DNA of 64,000 bases from Chrysemys picta bellii (GCF_011386835.1 NC_088791.1:247628001-247692000); one strand, 5' to 3'; counted from the stretch's first letter, positions 13,163-26,336 are shown. Made by a program: numbers and translations. The notes: generated by a model from the sequence alone, not told the origin.

Positions 13163-13273
13163 CAGGAAAACCATCTGACGATCCAGGAAGACCAGGAAGG
13201 CCGGGATCTCCTTGGTACCCTGGGTCTCCTGCAAGCCCAGGAACACCTGGTGATCCTGGATCACCTGTTACAC
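13163..13273 (-). CDS. COL4A2: COL4A2 exon 19-equivalent, 111 bp
   Basis: gtgtttcAG / GTaata; (G)VTGDPGSPGVPGLAGDPGYQGDPGLPGLPGSSDGFP; within ORF 13098..13367. Confidence 0.95.
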
Positions 13274-13967
13274 CTGAAACACATCCCCATCCCCAAGAAT
13301 ACAGGTTAGTCTGCTGATCTTTGTGACACACACAAGTAGCACTGCATGTTCTAGATTGTTCAGCCAACTGTCAATCTTGAAAGCTAAATTAGAATATTCA
13401 GCTACTTCATTTGGTGACACATTCCAGAAAGCTGCAGTATTCACAGCAGCACAAGATCCACACACAAATACCTGTAATTTGTCAGGCAGAAACGTTTAAC
13501 AAGAAGATGGGTTTGCAGAACAAACTATTTAAAATTAGCACTATTAAAAGTTACATCATAATATCTGAATTGCCCTATTAAAGTTAGTATTAACAGAAAG
13601 TTATCGTTTTAAAGAAAACACAAAGGTTAAGAAAAATAAATCTGCATTTAAAGTTTCAACAGTTGCATAGCTCTGCTGTGTATCCCAGCCACACTGAGCT
13701 CTGGGCTGGACCAAACTATGTTATAACATGGATCTCTGAAATGATTGTAAGTTTAGTAGAGACAGAACCCCTCAGTACAGTCCAAAGCTGCATGCTCAAA
13801 TGCCCAAACCCTGGTCCCATCAATGTCAATGGCAAAATCCCAACTTTCTTCATTCAGACCAGTATTTAGTCATGCAAGGATTGTCAGGGTACCTTTCCAG
13901 GATGAAAAGATGTTTTTAAGATGGTTTTGGGGGCGCAGCCAAAACAAACAAACAAACTGGTTGCAAC

Positions 13968-14225
13968 TGGTGCTTTGGTCCATACCAAATGGTGCTTTGG
14001 TCCATACCAAAGCGGTGTAAATTCTAGTGCACAGTAGAGTGTTGTGCACTAACTTGCCTGTGTGGACCCTGCTGGTGCACACTAAAAGTTTCCTAGTTGG
14101 TGTTAATATAGTAGTACTGTTTGATTGTACATTAACTTTTAGTGCACATCAGCAGGGTTCACATTGGGCCAGTTAGTGTGCAACTGGAATTTACATCCCT
14201 TATGTGAGAACTAACACATTGTGCA
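13968..14225. mobile_element. Decayed palindromic Harbinger-type MITE with a 22-bp tandem duplication at its left end
   Basis: tggtgctttggtccataccaaa x2 (13968-14011); imperfect palindrome at ~14016-14192 resembling the interior of the 5256 MITE. Confidence 0.55.
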
Positions 14226-15454
14226 GATGTGATCCAGGAACCTCTTGATACCAACTGGGAGAGGGCACATGAGGTGCACAGAATTTTACAGGGGGATCAG
14301 TAATATGCATAACAATTCACTAAAATGTGGCATGTGAGGTCTCTCCTGAGAGCCAGTAACACACTAGTGATCATGACATTCTGAAATGTATGTAAGAATA
14401 ATATTTAAGGAGTTCTGTACCTATACTGGAAATTATGTTCTTTAGGGCTGTGAATTAAAGTAAGTCACCAAGAGGTGACTGTGATGTCCTGTTCCTTCAA
14501 ATGTTTGACCACTGCCCCTCCCACCGAAAAGCCTCACTTTCACGTTAGTTTTCGCTTTGATGCCAGAAGAATAAAGCAAGCAAAGCACAAACTGTACAGC
14601 TGTGCTTTTTATCGTCTCCTTCTGTGCCCATCTCCTTCTCTGCTGGGCCCAAGTACAACATTTGGAGAAGCAGGATTTCTATCCCATTTGTGTCTAGTGC
14701 TACCAGTGCTTTGTATCTTTTTTAACCAATTTGGTTTACCCTCACAACGGGCCTCAATTCTGTTCGAAGAACTTCAGAGGTTCCTAGTTTCCAATGGAAT
14801 TCAGCACATATGTTCAGATCCATACCATCCTGCTACAAACGGACTAGTGGAACACTTTGCACAGACACTTAAGCATGCCTTGATAGCGAACAAGTCTGTT
14901 TTGAGTCATCAGCAGAAACTGGACAATTTCTTGCCTGTCTGCAGGAGCACATGATGAGCTACTACCCAGGAGTCACCTGTAACTCTTTTCTTGAAGCAAT
15001 CTTTGTGTACTTGTTGGGACCTGCTGTGTCTTGATGTTGCCTCATGTGCAGATAAATACCAAGCTATGCAAATTGAATGATGACATGAGACATGTCATCG
15101 TTCTTTTCAAGTTGGAGACTTTGTGGATTCGCAACTATCGTTGTGGAGTGAAATGGGTACTTGAGGAATTCTAAAATGCATAGGACCTTTTTTGTTTGTG
15201 GCAAAACTATCTGATGGTATATTGTGGAAATGACATATGGACCAGTTGCAGCCTCAACAAGTATTGAAGTCCAGGGATGTTCCAGTAGGACTTTCTGTTC
15301 CTCCAATTGAACCTCCTTCTCTTACAAGTCATACTTTCAATGACTTACTGGGAGAAATTTTGTTACAAGATCCACTTGATTCCTCACTACCAACTGTTCT
15401 TGTTGTTCAGGACACCGCTGCACCACCATACCTATGTTATTCCAAACAGGTGCA

Positions 15455-16282
15455 TGTGATGGTGTGCACTCACCTCTCATGAGTGCCTCCTGTCAGCTGG
15501 GTGCAAACCTGCACTCTTTCTTCTCACAGTGCCCCCTGTTGGCTGCTGTCCTCGTCAGGCGGGTCTTCAGTGGCTCAGCCCTCTGGCCAAGTCACACAGT
15601 CAAATGCATGAACTAACAAACCCTTTCTGGGGTAAAAGGTCCAACTGGGCCTGTCCTTGTGCCCTTGGTAATGTCAGCAGCCCTGTGTCTGGGCTCAGTT
15701 CTCAGCCCCTTCTGGGCTAATTTTAAATCCATCCCTGCCCTGTTTATAGAGCAGTGCCCTTTAAGTCCTGCCCTTCACTTGGGCTTCTAAATGAAACTTT
15801 TACCCTTTTAGGGGCATTGGCCACTCTGCTAGTGGGTGGTGGTGAGACCCTAGCCCACCCACTACTCCAGGTCCTGACCCAGGGACCCAATACATAGCAG
15901 TCACGTGCTGCTTCCTGTAATAGTTGCTGCTGCTATTCCCTGCACCACTTCCCATGTTGCTGCTTCCTCTTCACCCTTACCTCAGGGCTGAAGTTCTGTC
16001 TATTCCCTGCTTGAGCAGGATCTCTTCCAGGCCTCCGCACCTGGAGAGTCTCACAGCCTTCCAGTCCTTCCTCATCTTTCTGGTCCCAGTCAGGAACTGA
16101 CTTGCTCAGGCCTTGCATCTCCTTTCATCTGAGCCTGTTGAGATCTGATTGACTGCTTACAGACAGCCTTTCAAGGCAGGTCTGGAGGATGCACCTTTAC
16201 TGTTCCTTTTCTGGGGCAGGGTGTGGTAGGACCACAAGGCTTCCAGCAGGGGGCCTCAAAAGGCCCAGTACAGCCCATCACA
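15455..16282. mobile_element. Solo LTR (828 bp) nested in the Gypsy element
   Basis: TGTGATGG...CCATCACA ends; exact 5-bp TSD GTGCA (15450-15454 and 16283-16287). Confidence 0.88.
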
Positions 16283-16406
16283 GTGCAAAAAACAGTTTTG
16301 TCCCTGAACTTATAAATCGTTTACTCAGTGAGCTGCTATTCCAGGACAGAATAACTCCTTGTAATTTGGGAGTCTGGGGTAGTCCACTTACAACTTTTAG
16401 TGAGGT

Positions 16407-17218
16407 TGTCAGGGTTCTCTCTCCACTCTGAACTCTAGGGTACAGATGTGGGGGCCCACATGAAAGATCCCCTAAGCTTATTTCTACCAGCTTAGGTTAA
16501 AAACTTCCCCAAGGCACAAATTCTTCCTTGTCCTTGGACGGTATGCTGCCACCACCAAGTGAGTTAGACAAAGATTCAGGAAAAGGACCACTTGGAGTTC
16601 CCGTTTCCCCAAAATATCCCTCCAAGCCCCTTTAACTCCTTTCTGGGGAGGAGGGAGAATAATATACCAACCTAATAAGTAAACAAGGTGAGCACAGACC
16701 AGACCCTGAGGTTTTTAGGACACTAAAAACCAATCAGGTTCTCAAAAACAGAATTTTATTATAAAGAAAAAAAGTAAAAGAAGCACCTCTGTAAAATCAG
16801 GATGGAAGGTAATTTTACAGGGCAATAAGATTTAAAGCACCGAGGATTCCCCTCTAGGCAAAACCTTAAAGTTACACAAACCGGAATAAATCTCCCTCTT
16901 AGCATAGGGACAATTCACAAGCTAAAACAAAAGATAATGCATTTCCTTGCTATTACTTACAATTTGTAATCTTAGATGCTTATTTTAGATATGGCTTTAG
17001 GAGATGTATTTTTCCTGCCCTGGTCCCTCTCTGAACCGGAGAGAACAACAAAGAGAGCACAAAGAAGCACAAACGAGAAACCTCCCTCCACAGATTTGAA
17101 AGTATCTTCTCCCCTTATTGGTCCTTTTCGTCAGGTGCCAACCAGGTTATTTGAGCTTCTTAACCCTTTACAGGTAAAGGAGGGATTTTATGCTACCCTT
17201 AGCTGTATGTTCATGACA
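16407..17218 (-). mobile_element. Solo LTR (812 bp) nested in the Gypsy element
   Basis: TGTCA...TGACA ends; exact 5-bp TSD GAGGT (16402-16406 and 17219-17223); minus orientation inferred from TTTATT at 16755-16760. Confidence 0.88.
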
Positions 17219-17565
17219 GAGGTTATATAGTGTTTCATGTTAACCATGTAAACAAGAATGTATATGTATTTGGGAAGGTTTTTTTTAAAGGAGGGTGGGA
17301 AATGTTTATATGTGCAAAGCCTCCGCAGTGCAGAGCTTCACTTTTGTGTTAGCTCCAGTTTTGCTGCCAGAAAAATAAAGTGAGCACAGTAGAGAGTTGT
17401 GTTTCTATCAGCTCCCTATGTCCCTATCTATCTATCTCCTTCTCTGCTGGGTTCAAATATAACAGTGAGAGACAGAGGTGATGCGTAACTGTTGATAGTG
17501 GGGGGCACAATTTAAAGGTTTTGGGGGGCATGTGACCGCCCCATGCATCATCTCTGGATCTAGAA

Positions 17566-17970
17566 CAGAGGTTTTCAAACTGTGGAGCACATCCTGCTAG
17601 CGGGGCATAGAGGAAGGTTCGGGGGGGTGGGGGAGTGGCTATGCCAGGTGGCTTGGGGAAGGAGTCCCACCTCCACTCCCTGACTCCCCTAAGTGGGCAA
17701 CCCAGCCTGTGAGGTGAGTCAGGGGGTGGAGATGGCGCTCCTTCCCCGAGTCACACTGTGCGGCGCCAGCCTGGCCCCACTGCTGAGGTAAGTTGGGGAT
17801 GGAGGTGGCACTTCTCCCTCGAGCCCTGCCGCTGAGATGAGTCAGGGGGTGGAGGTGGCGGTCCCTCCTCAAGCTCCACCAGCGGTGCTGGCCTGAGTGG
17901 CCTGGCATTGTTGCCCCCCCCCCCAATGTCCCTTCACACGCCTCCTCCTCCCCCAGTTTGAAAACATCTG
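17566..17970. mobile_element. hAT-Charlie-type MITE
   Basis: TIRs CAGAGGTTTTCAAACTG / CAGTTTGAAAACATCTG; left flank ATCTAGAA; right TSD imperfect. Confidence 0.8.
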
Positions 17971-18028
17971 TGTAGAAGCTGTTGAAAATGGAAGGCAGAA
18001 ATCAGGGAGAGCACATGACCCTGCATTT

Positions 18029-18029
<1 letters not shown>

Positions 18030-18090
<61 letters not shown>
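18030..18090. repeat. (CA)n microsatellite, about 30 units
   Basis: Uninterrupted CA run. Confidence 0.97.
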
Positions 18091-18092
<2 letters not shown>

Positions 18093-18329
18093 CGCCTCTG
18101 GTGAGAAACATGTTCCTTTCAGACATTCCTATCTGCCTGATTATCTACCAGTTAAGTATTGTATATATCACAATGAAACCTATCTACAAACTAAGCCACC
18201 AACTAATCAAGATTAAGAATTTAACAAGAGGTCACAATATCTACAGGAAGGAATACACAGCAGGAGGATGTCCAGTTTATGAATAAAGATCAAAGGACTG
18301 TTTTATTATATCAGGGTTTTTTACGGTAC

Positions 18330-18900
18330 ACCGTAGTATCTTTTCACCTACAAGTAAGCTAATAGTGGGTTTGTTTCATGAACAGATGATCACAGCCTGG
18401 CTGTAATATGCTGGAAGGATTTTGCTCTTATGACATAATAACGTCCTATTTGTTAAGTTTGGCTCTAGTATGCATGTTATGACTTTACTTTAGATGTAAC
18501 CTTTTGTTACCAATACTTCTGCTTGCTATCATATGAATCGCTATTCTTTGTTAAATAAACATATAACTGCTTTTTCTAAGTACTGTGAGTTATGGGGAGC
18601 TGTGCTGTACAGTATAACTGGTAAACTGTGGGGTACTGTTCCTTAGGGAGCAGAAGATCTGCAGTTCTGTGAGTGGATCAGGTGCTGGGTATTCCAGTGA
18701 GTTGTGTGGAGGACTTGGGGTTGGAATGTGCCTATCGCTAACCTGCAGAGGGACAGCGGAGCCCACATGAGCTGCGAGGGAAGTGCTTGTGCTACTTGTG
18801 ACTGGTGGTGACCCGTGGCTGGTACAGACAAGGCTTCCTCATGCTAAGGGCAGGTAGTAGCGAGGTACTCCACAACCCTGGGATCCCTTGGGATGCATCA
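18330..18900 (+). mobile_element. 3' half of a long LTR-like repeat; 14228-14475 may be its 5' half
   Basis: LTR-like composition (AATAAA region, ends ...gggatgcatca); no TSD confirmed; boundaries approximate. Confidence 0.4.
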
Positions 18901-19164
18901 GATAAGCTCTTGATTAAGCTCATTTAGGAGCCCAGACTGCAGGAATCTTTCTGAACATTTAGTTTAAAGCTCTGGTTGTGGAAAAAATAATCTGGTCTTC
19001 AAGTACACCCATCAGTTGTATTTTAACAGTCCGGAATATTGATTTCACATCAGTCTGTGGCTCACCTCACCTGTCATGTTACCAGTGATTTTTTTTTTGT
19101 TAAATTGTCCATTACTGCATATAAATGTCACAAAAATACTTGTTGGCATTTTCTTAGATCTCAA

Positions 19165-19333
19165 GGCTTTGTCTTCACTAGGGGAAAAAAAGGAGTGCTA
19201 ACGTGAGTTGAGTTAAAGACTAGGCTAGCATCTTTAACCCAGCCTGCTTACCTGTGCGAAAACTACTAACTTCACTTTGAGATAGCTAACTCGAGCTAAG
19301 AACACACCTTTTTTCCTGAGTGAAGACAAGGCC
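19165..19333. mobile_element. Harbinger-type MITE
   Basis: Termini GGCTTTGTCTTCAC / GTGAAGACAAGGCC; a related decayed copy with a 30-nt A run lies at ~44560-44790. Confidence 0.65.
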
Positions 19334-19550
19334 AAAGAGGGATGAGGACTAAGGTAACTTCCCTGAAAATAAGATAACTTTACACTATTAGGGAGTTTGT
19401 ACACTATTGTTTGAGATGAGTAACACATATACCGACTCGCTTTACTAAAGGAACAGAGTTCTCTGCATTTCATGCTTTTGCTGTGGGGGAAGATGGAAAA
19501 ACAAGGATGAGCTATCAGCATCACAAGTATTCAGAGCAATGAAGACATAC

Positions 19551-19611
19551 CTTTCCTTGCAAACGGAGTATAAACAGGTGGTCCTTGAAACCCTCTCTCA
19601 CCCTGCTCTCC
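19551..19611 (-). CDS. COL4A2: COL4A2 exon 18-equivalent, 61 bp
   Basis: tttatacAG / GTatgt; GEQGERGFQGPPVYTPFARK(G); phase 0-1. Confidence 0.9.
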
Positions 19612-20264
19612 CTGTATAAATAGATAATGAAGCGTCAGATACATACTCAGCGTGTGCCTGCACCATTGTGCGGTGAGGGACTATTTGAGCATGTGGGTCC
19701 GTTGCACAAAGGACCAGATTTTCAAAAATATTTAGGCACATTAGCAGCAGATAGGCACCTAATAGAATGTTCAAACTCCCAATGATTTTGATTTCAATGG
19801 GAATTAGGCACTTAACCTGCATAAGTACTCTTCATTTCTAGGCACTAAATACCTTTAACATCTGGCCCCAAGTTGCCAGCAAAAGCCTTGTATTTCTCTT
19901 CATTCACAACACCTCTCCACTGGTTCTCCTAATTGTTATCCTCATTCTACTTTTTCCTCATTCATCCATATTTTCCCACTCATACGCTCTCTTCATCAGT
20001 TGGGGACAAGGAAAATATTCACCCTCTGTCCCCTCCCTATAATACAGTGTCAGTTAAGCACATTTTGTGAATTTTTACACCTTCCTCTGAAGTATCTGGT
20101 TACTGACAGACAACCAAGCAGCACAGACAACTGCCTAGTCAATTATGGCAACAAACATTTATATTTTTATTCTAATGAACAGACACAACATAAGCAAAAT
20201 TATGTCTGGTTTACTAATTCTGACCAATTAAATTCACTTTTAGTGCAGGAAAGTAAAGAAGTAC

Positions 20265-20318
20265 CTTCATTCCTTTAGGACCACTGCTGCCTGGCATGCC
20301 ATCAAATCCTTGAAAACC
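20265..20318 (-). CDS. COL4A2: COL4A2 exon 17-equivalent, 54 bp
   Basis: atatttcAG / GTactt; GFQGFDGMPGSSGPKGMK. Confidence 0.9.
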
Positions 20319-21111
20319 CTGAAATATATATCAAAATGGTTGCCCTTTTCTAAATCAGACAAAGAATGAAGATATTTTGTTACAGGATTTTTCAACAGGC
20401 CAGCTTGTTGCCATTATTTTAATCTGTTACAGCAGTCATTTTAAAAGCATGAGAATGGTGGTTTCCTCTAACATAGTTAAGGTGTGTGAACCATGCAGCA
20501 AAGCTGAGAATTTTGTCACCCTCAGGATTTACTCTTGGCATTAATAATTTAGTTCTACCTTTCAGTTTTTTTCTGTTATATATTTTGCATATTGGGTCAA
20601 ATCCTAGCCTTGGTGCAGCCCTGGCGCATAGCCTTGTTGGAGGAATACAGAATGGGCAGGTAATGAAGCTGTTGAGCTCTCAGAAGATCTTGAGATGGGA
20701 ACCTGCATTCTGGATTGATGGAAAGAAGGGTAAGGAGAAGGCAAATGGTCCATCCTCTCTAGTCCTTGGAGATGGTGTCATGAAGACAATGCACACACAC
20801 AGTGCCTCTTTTATTCTGCAGCACAGTGGGGTTTCCCCCAGGTGTCAGTCAGCTAGAGAAACTTGTCTAGAATATACGAATGAGCTACACTAGAGATGTC
20901 ATTGTTATAATAAAGTAATAGTTCTACTTAGGTTGTGAGCTCTTGAGGGCAGGAATTGTTTCTTTATTATGTGTTTATATAGTACCAAGCATCCTGGGGC
21001 TGGGGCCTCTAGGTGCTACTGCAATACAAAATGCACTAATGTTGCAGATAACCTAATTAAACTACCAATATCTGTAAGAATGTTTTATCACATAAACATC
21101 TCTCTATAGAG

Positions 21112-21422
21112 CAGGGATCAGCAACCAAATCTGCTGGCGGGCTGAGACGGTTTGTTTACCTGCAGTGTCCACAGGTTTGGCCGATTGCAGCTAGCACTGG
21201 CTGTAGCTCACTGTTTCAGGCCAATGGGGGCTGCGGGAAACGACGCGGGCCGAGGGATATGCTGGCCGCTGCTTCCCACAGCCCCCATTGACCTGGAATG
21301 GTGAAACGCGGCCGGTGGGAGCTGTGATCAGCTGAACCTGCGGACGCTGCAGGTAAACAAACCGTCCCAGCCCGCTCGTGGATTTTTCTGATGGGCTGCG
21401 TACCAAAGGTTGTCGATCCCTG
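21112..21422. mobile_element. hAT MITE
   Basis: TIRs CAGGGATCAGCAACC / GGTTGTCGATCCCTG; 8-bp TSD CTATAGAG / CTGTAGAG; palindromic core gtttgtttacctgc...gcaggtaaacaaac shared with the 47150 MITE. Confidence 0.88.
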
Positions 21423-23567
21423 CTGTAGAGCATTTTAATTAATTGAATGATTTATTCTTTTAACTGAGACAATGACACCTCCAGGACTTGCCAATACCAG
21501 CCTTCTGGCACATGTGTGAAGTGGCTTAAATCTGAAGTTTGTGTCAGATGCAATATATCGTATTCAATTAGTGTACATTTCAGCTGATGGAGCTGTGCAT
21601 ATGAAAATACCAGGCTTACATCTCCTCTCACATGCACTGGTTTTACACCAGTGTACTTCCATTGACTTCAATGGAGTTATTCCTGATTTATTTCAGTGTA
21701 AGGGACAGAAAAATCAGGACTATTATATTTTATTTAAAACATTTTCTAGAACTGAATTCTAGATACACTGTCCATGCGTACTCCAGAAAACAGAAATTCT
21801 AAAAAGTTAAAGCATTAAAATAAAATAGTGGCCAGAGCCGCAGCTGCTATAAGTCAGTGTGGATCCACTGACAGTAGTGAAGCTGTGCAATTTACACTAG
21901 CTGTGGATCTGAGCCTTTATATACAGCCTGTAAAACTGAAGAGTGTAGTGAACTCCTGAATAGATCAGATATTTCAATAACTGGCTTCAGAAAACATTTA
22001 CACAGTTTTAAAGCATTGCAATACACCACAACATTCTCCAAGATACCACAAACTGACCCCCAGGGATCAAAGATATTATTCACAATGAAAATATATGTCA
22101 AACATTGTCAGAAAACTAACAACTGTTATACAATAGATGTAAAATCTCTTTCACACTAGGTGGAGCTGTAGATCTAAAAAGGAAGCCAGGAGTTTCCTAA
22201 TTATCTACTGCTTACTTTAAGTACACTGAAATGACTGAGCTATAGTTCTTCCTTCTCTCAAGGGAGTCAAACAATTACCATAATTTAAAAAAATATTTTT
22301 GCTCGTGAATAACATACTGGGAAACCTACTCCTTCAGATGTCATGATTTACCAGTTACATCTCACTGAAATAAATGTACCCTTTACTAAAAATTTTGTCG
22401 GGACTCAAACTCAAAAAGGGATAAAAGGGGTCAATAAATGATTCTGACATGGGTGCAGATACCAAGCCTACTTAAGTAAAAGGAAAGAACCCTTAATGTA
22501 CATATTATTGACAGTTTTCTCTCTTCTAGACTAGCCGTTTTGACAGAAGCTTAAGAGCTGTGGATTTCACACAAGGATTGGTATTCCTTGCTGGCAAATT
22601 CCTTAGCATAATCAAGAAGCATAGAGAAACCATTTATTCCTGTAGCCATAGACTTATTTGAACATCTTATGGGCACAGTTTCTAACACTGATAGAAGCAG
22701 CCATTTTCTGCACACAAATAAAAAGCACGAGAGCTTCCAGGTATGACAGAATTTTATTTTAGACATTATTGCATGTTTCTATGGACATAGAGAATCAGCT
22801 AATATTTTTCTCAGTTTTTCCCCTCTCTCCTTTTCGTTTGTGCTCAGAAATTCAAGATGGCACATGGATCACAGACCTCTACAACATCTGAGGAAAACTA
22901 TCTAAAGGACAACACATTTCAGTATGGTGTAAAAGAAATTACAGAACTCATGTCAGCAATGATGGGAACTGTGAATACATTTCCAAAGCTCTCTGAAAAT
23001 ATATTCCTAAATGGCAATACAGGCTTTAATTATCAGACCATTCCCCTCACCCCCCACTTAACTAGGATTACCCAAAGAACAGGGAAGTCACCTGGTCCAT
23101 AAAGTTAAGTTGATTGCAGTTGGAGAGTCCAGACAATATTCTGATCTTATTTACAAGGTATAACCGAGATCAGAATTTGATACCTATAGTATGTGTGGAA
23201 TACACTTCGATTTTCAATTAGTGAGTCTAAATATAAAAGTCAAGCATGGAATATTCTAAAGGATTACTTATACTGTGCAAAACTGGTCCTTTATGATGTA
23301 ATTTGGTAAAATGTTAACTGAATATGTATTTCTTACGTACTGTTATGCCCACTTAAAGTTCTAATGTCTGTAGTGTAGGGCACGTTATTTGTCTGGCACA
23401 TGTTATACATTATATAGTGCTGTGTACACTTATAGCACTGTATTGATATTATGCTCTGTCATTTTCCAGGATAGAACATGTATTTTTCCATAATCTGAAG
23501 ATGTCAGTTCTATATGTTAAAAGCAGTGTGCTAGAAACAAAATCTGTTTTTTGTGCTAAATACTCAC

Positions 23568-23612
23568 TTTTTCCCCGGCAGCTCCTGGGATGCCATTGAT
23601 ACCAGGTAACCC
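23568..23612 (-). CDS. COL4A2: COL4A2 exon 16-equivalent, 45 bp
   Basis: attttcatAG / GTgagt; GLPGINGIPGAAGEK. Confidence 0.9.
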
Positions 23613-23793
23613 CTATGAAAATACAACATCATTTGCAGAATAAAGTGAAACCCTGACAAATCTGTTAATCTTTGCCACTTCTAAGCTAATGTATGCAATG
23701 CACTTGAACTTTTAAAAAAAACTGACCATAACAATAAGAATTCATAGACTTATTTTCTAATAAGCAGATGCACAGTACAAACAGAACTGCTAT

Positions 23794-23795
23794 TT

Positions 23796-23854
<59 letters not shown>
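23794..23854. repeat. (TTTC)n microsatellite
   Basis: About 15 tandem TTTC units. Confidence 0.95.
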
Positions 23855-24446
23855 AAGCAAGACATTGTAAAACCACCATAAGAATGTTATGATCTCTGAG
23901 TGTTTTTAGAAATATTTATGTTGCCTATGCTTTCCACCATATTTGTTCATTTCAGAAGCTGTACTATGAGAACAAATGAAATGGAGCGGCACCAATTGGG
24001 TGCTACAAGATACTTGCACCCAAATAGGTTTAGGTTTTTTATTGGGGTATATATGAATAAAAACAATAAGGGTGACAGTCACTATTCCCTTGCCCATTAA
24101 TTTGACTTTGTGAGGATAAGAAGGGGATGGAGAAATGGAATCCACCCTCAAAACCAGCAAACAGGTCATAGGATTTCAGCACAGACTTTTATAGTTGCTA
24201 TAGGCTGCAGTGTTGGCTATAGACCCCAATATGGAGGGGGTCCTAGTCACTTCATATGCATGAGTGTGGGGCTAGTGGCCTCTTCCTTTGCCTGCCTCGG
24301 TGGCCTCTCCCTCTCCAGTCCCACTAGGCACAGATAGGTTGCACAACCACTCCCACACATAGCTTCTTCACCTCTGACTTGGTCTGACAGCCATATCACC
24401 CCACTCTCTGCCCTGGGGTGAATTTCATCTTTAATGAACAACATAC

Positions 24447-24509
24447 CCTTTGTCCTGGAAAACCTATTATTCCTTCTTCTCCTTTTTCTGCTGAATATGC
24501 GGGTGAGCC
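24447..24509 (-). CDS. COL4A2: COL4A2 exon 15-equivalent, 63 bp
   Basis: gtttcctAG / GTatgt; GSPAYSAEKGEEGIIGFPGQR (human recalled as KGEEGIMGFPGLR). Confidence 0.92.
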
Positions 24510-25019
24510 CTAGGAAACATTGCAGATGAACTTACATAGACCGTTATGTTTACAGACTGTATATATGAACGTATCTATGAAGAGAAGAGCATTACACTGC
24601 TGGCAGAGGCTGATAATAAGCAGAAGTGAAAACACCATGGCCTGTGTAAACATCAGACCTGAACCTGTAGTTCATACAAGAGCTAAAATCTCTTCTGAGT
24701 TTTGTCTGTTTGCATAATCAGAGTGCTAGGATCAGGCCCTTAGAGAGATGAATCCATATCCTTTAAAAAAACAACTGCTTTTGTAGTTGCTACTTTGAAG
24801 AAAAGCCAAAGCAATTGTTTTTATCTGTATAATCAGATAGCCATCTCAGATCTCATCCAAATCCTAGTTTCAAATAGATATTGAGAAAACACAGATATTC
24901 CACCATCCAAGCTTAATAAAAGTGAGATACAAATTCTTCACTTTGCTACACAGGCATAAATCCAAAGTAAGTCTATTGAAGTCAATGAAATTATACCTGT
25001 GTAAAACTAGTGTGAAAGC

Positions 25020-25420
25020 AGATTAGGATTTATAGAGCACATTATCGACTGTATACTAAAGGCAACACAGCTCTAACTGCAACCTCCCCCAGGGGTGTCA
25101 CATACCAATTGAACAGGAGGGTTGAGAGAATAGAGCCTTCGGAACCTCCTTATGGGAGGTCCTCTGGGCTAGTGATTAATTGCTCAAAACTACTCTTTAC
25201 AACTGCTCAGAAAGTAGGAATGGAGCTAAGCAAGAGCAACACCATCCAGCTAGTCCAGGTTCTGCAGATGAGTTAACAAAACCTCACAGTCTATGGTGTC
25301 AAAGACTGCTGACAACTCTAAATGAAATGACAAGCACACCTGACTATTGTCCACTTGACTACTGAATTCATCAACCAATGAAACTAAAGCTGTATCTAGA
25401 GGGCAGACTGGAAGGGATCA
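25020..25420 (-). mobile_element. Decayed L2/CR1-clade RT fragment
   Basis: Minus strand ggaggttccgaaggctctattctctcaaccctcctgttcaat resembles the RT motif GVPQGSILSPLLFN. Confidence 0.55.
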
Positions 25421-25579
25421 AGAAAATTGCCACATGTAACCATTTAATGGAATTTTAAGGAACGCTATCTATACCAGACATAGTAACATTTAACCCTCAA
25501 ATTCAAAAATCAGTTGTGAGAAAGGATCTCATTTTAGTTAGCCCATAAAACTGATTGCAATGGGCGTTCCATCCTAAAT

Positions 25580-26128
25580 AGAATAGAATCATAGAATCAT
25601 AGAATCGTAGTCCTGGAAGGGACCTCAATAGGTCATCTAGTCCAGTCCCCTGCACTCAAGGCAGGACTAAGTAATAACTAGACCATCACTGACAGGTGTT
25701 TGTTTAACCTGCTCTTAAAAATCTCCAGCGATAGATATTCCATAACCCCCCTAGGAAATTTATTCCAGTGCTTAACCACCTGACAATTAGGAAGTTTTTC
25801 CTAATGTTCAACCTCAACCTCCCTTGCTGCACTTTAAGCCCTTTGCTTCTTGTCCTATTCTCAGAGGTTAAGGAGAACAATTTTACTCTCCTCCTTGTAA
25901 CAACCTTTTATGTACTTGAAAACTGTTATCATGTCCGTGCTCAGTCTTTTCTTCTCAGACTAAACAAACCCATTTTTTTTTCAATCTTTCCTCACAGGTC
26001 ATGTTTTCTAGACCTTTAATCATTTTTGTTGCTCCTCGCTGGACTTTCTCCGATTTGTCCACATCTTTTCTGAAGTGTGGCACGCAGAACTGGACACAAT
26101 ACTCCAGCTGAGGCCTTATCAGTGCATA
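25580..26128 (-). mobile_element. CR1 LINE 3' fragment
   Basis: (CATAGAAT)n tail on plus, followed by the reverse complement of the CR1 3' UTR and ORF2 end (gaactggacacaatactccagctgaggcc). Confidence 0.92.
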
Positions 26129-26291
26129 TTGTCATGATATGGCCTGCCATGACTCATCTAAGGGATATGAAGAGAAAAGCTGATACATTCTGTTAGGTTG
26201 TTTTATTTCTATTCCGTACCATTTCAAAGGTAGAATGTACTAATATTAACCACAGTGCTAGACTTATTTGTCTTTGGTTTTCTTGACTTAC

Positions 26292-26336
26292 TTGAGTTCC
26301 ACGTTCTCCTGTTTCTCCTTTTACTCCCTTTGTACC
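26292..26336 (-). CDS. COL4A2: COL4A2 exon 14-equivalent, 45 bp (36 bp if an internal in-frame AG is used)
   Basis: Long T tract then cattgttAG / GTaagt; GTKGVKGETGERGTQ. Confidence 0.88.

Larger units (their letters stand above)
14480..17464 (+). mobile_element. Internally deleted Gypsy LTR retrotransposon hosting two younger solo LTRs
   Basis: 5' LTR 14480-14660 and 3' LTR 17303-17464 share diverged sequence (gccaga..aataaag...atctccttctctgctggg...aca); PBS-like TGG at 14663; integrase remnant FLVSNGIQHICSDPYHPATNGLVEHFAQTLKHAL; PPT aaaggagggtgggaaa at 17287-17302; flanks GTGAC/GTGAG. Confidence 0.78.
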
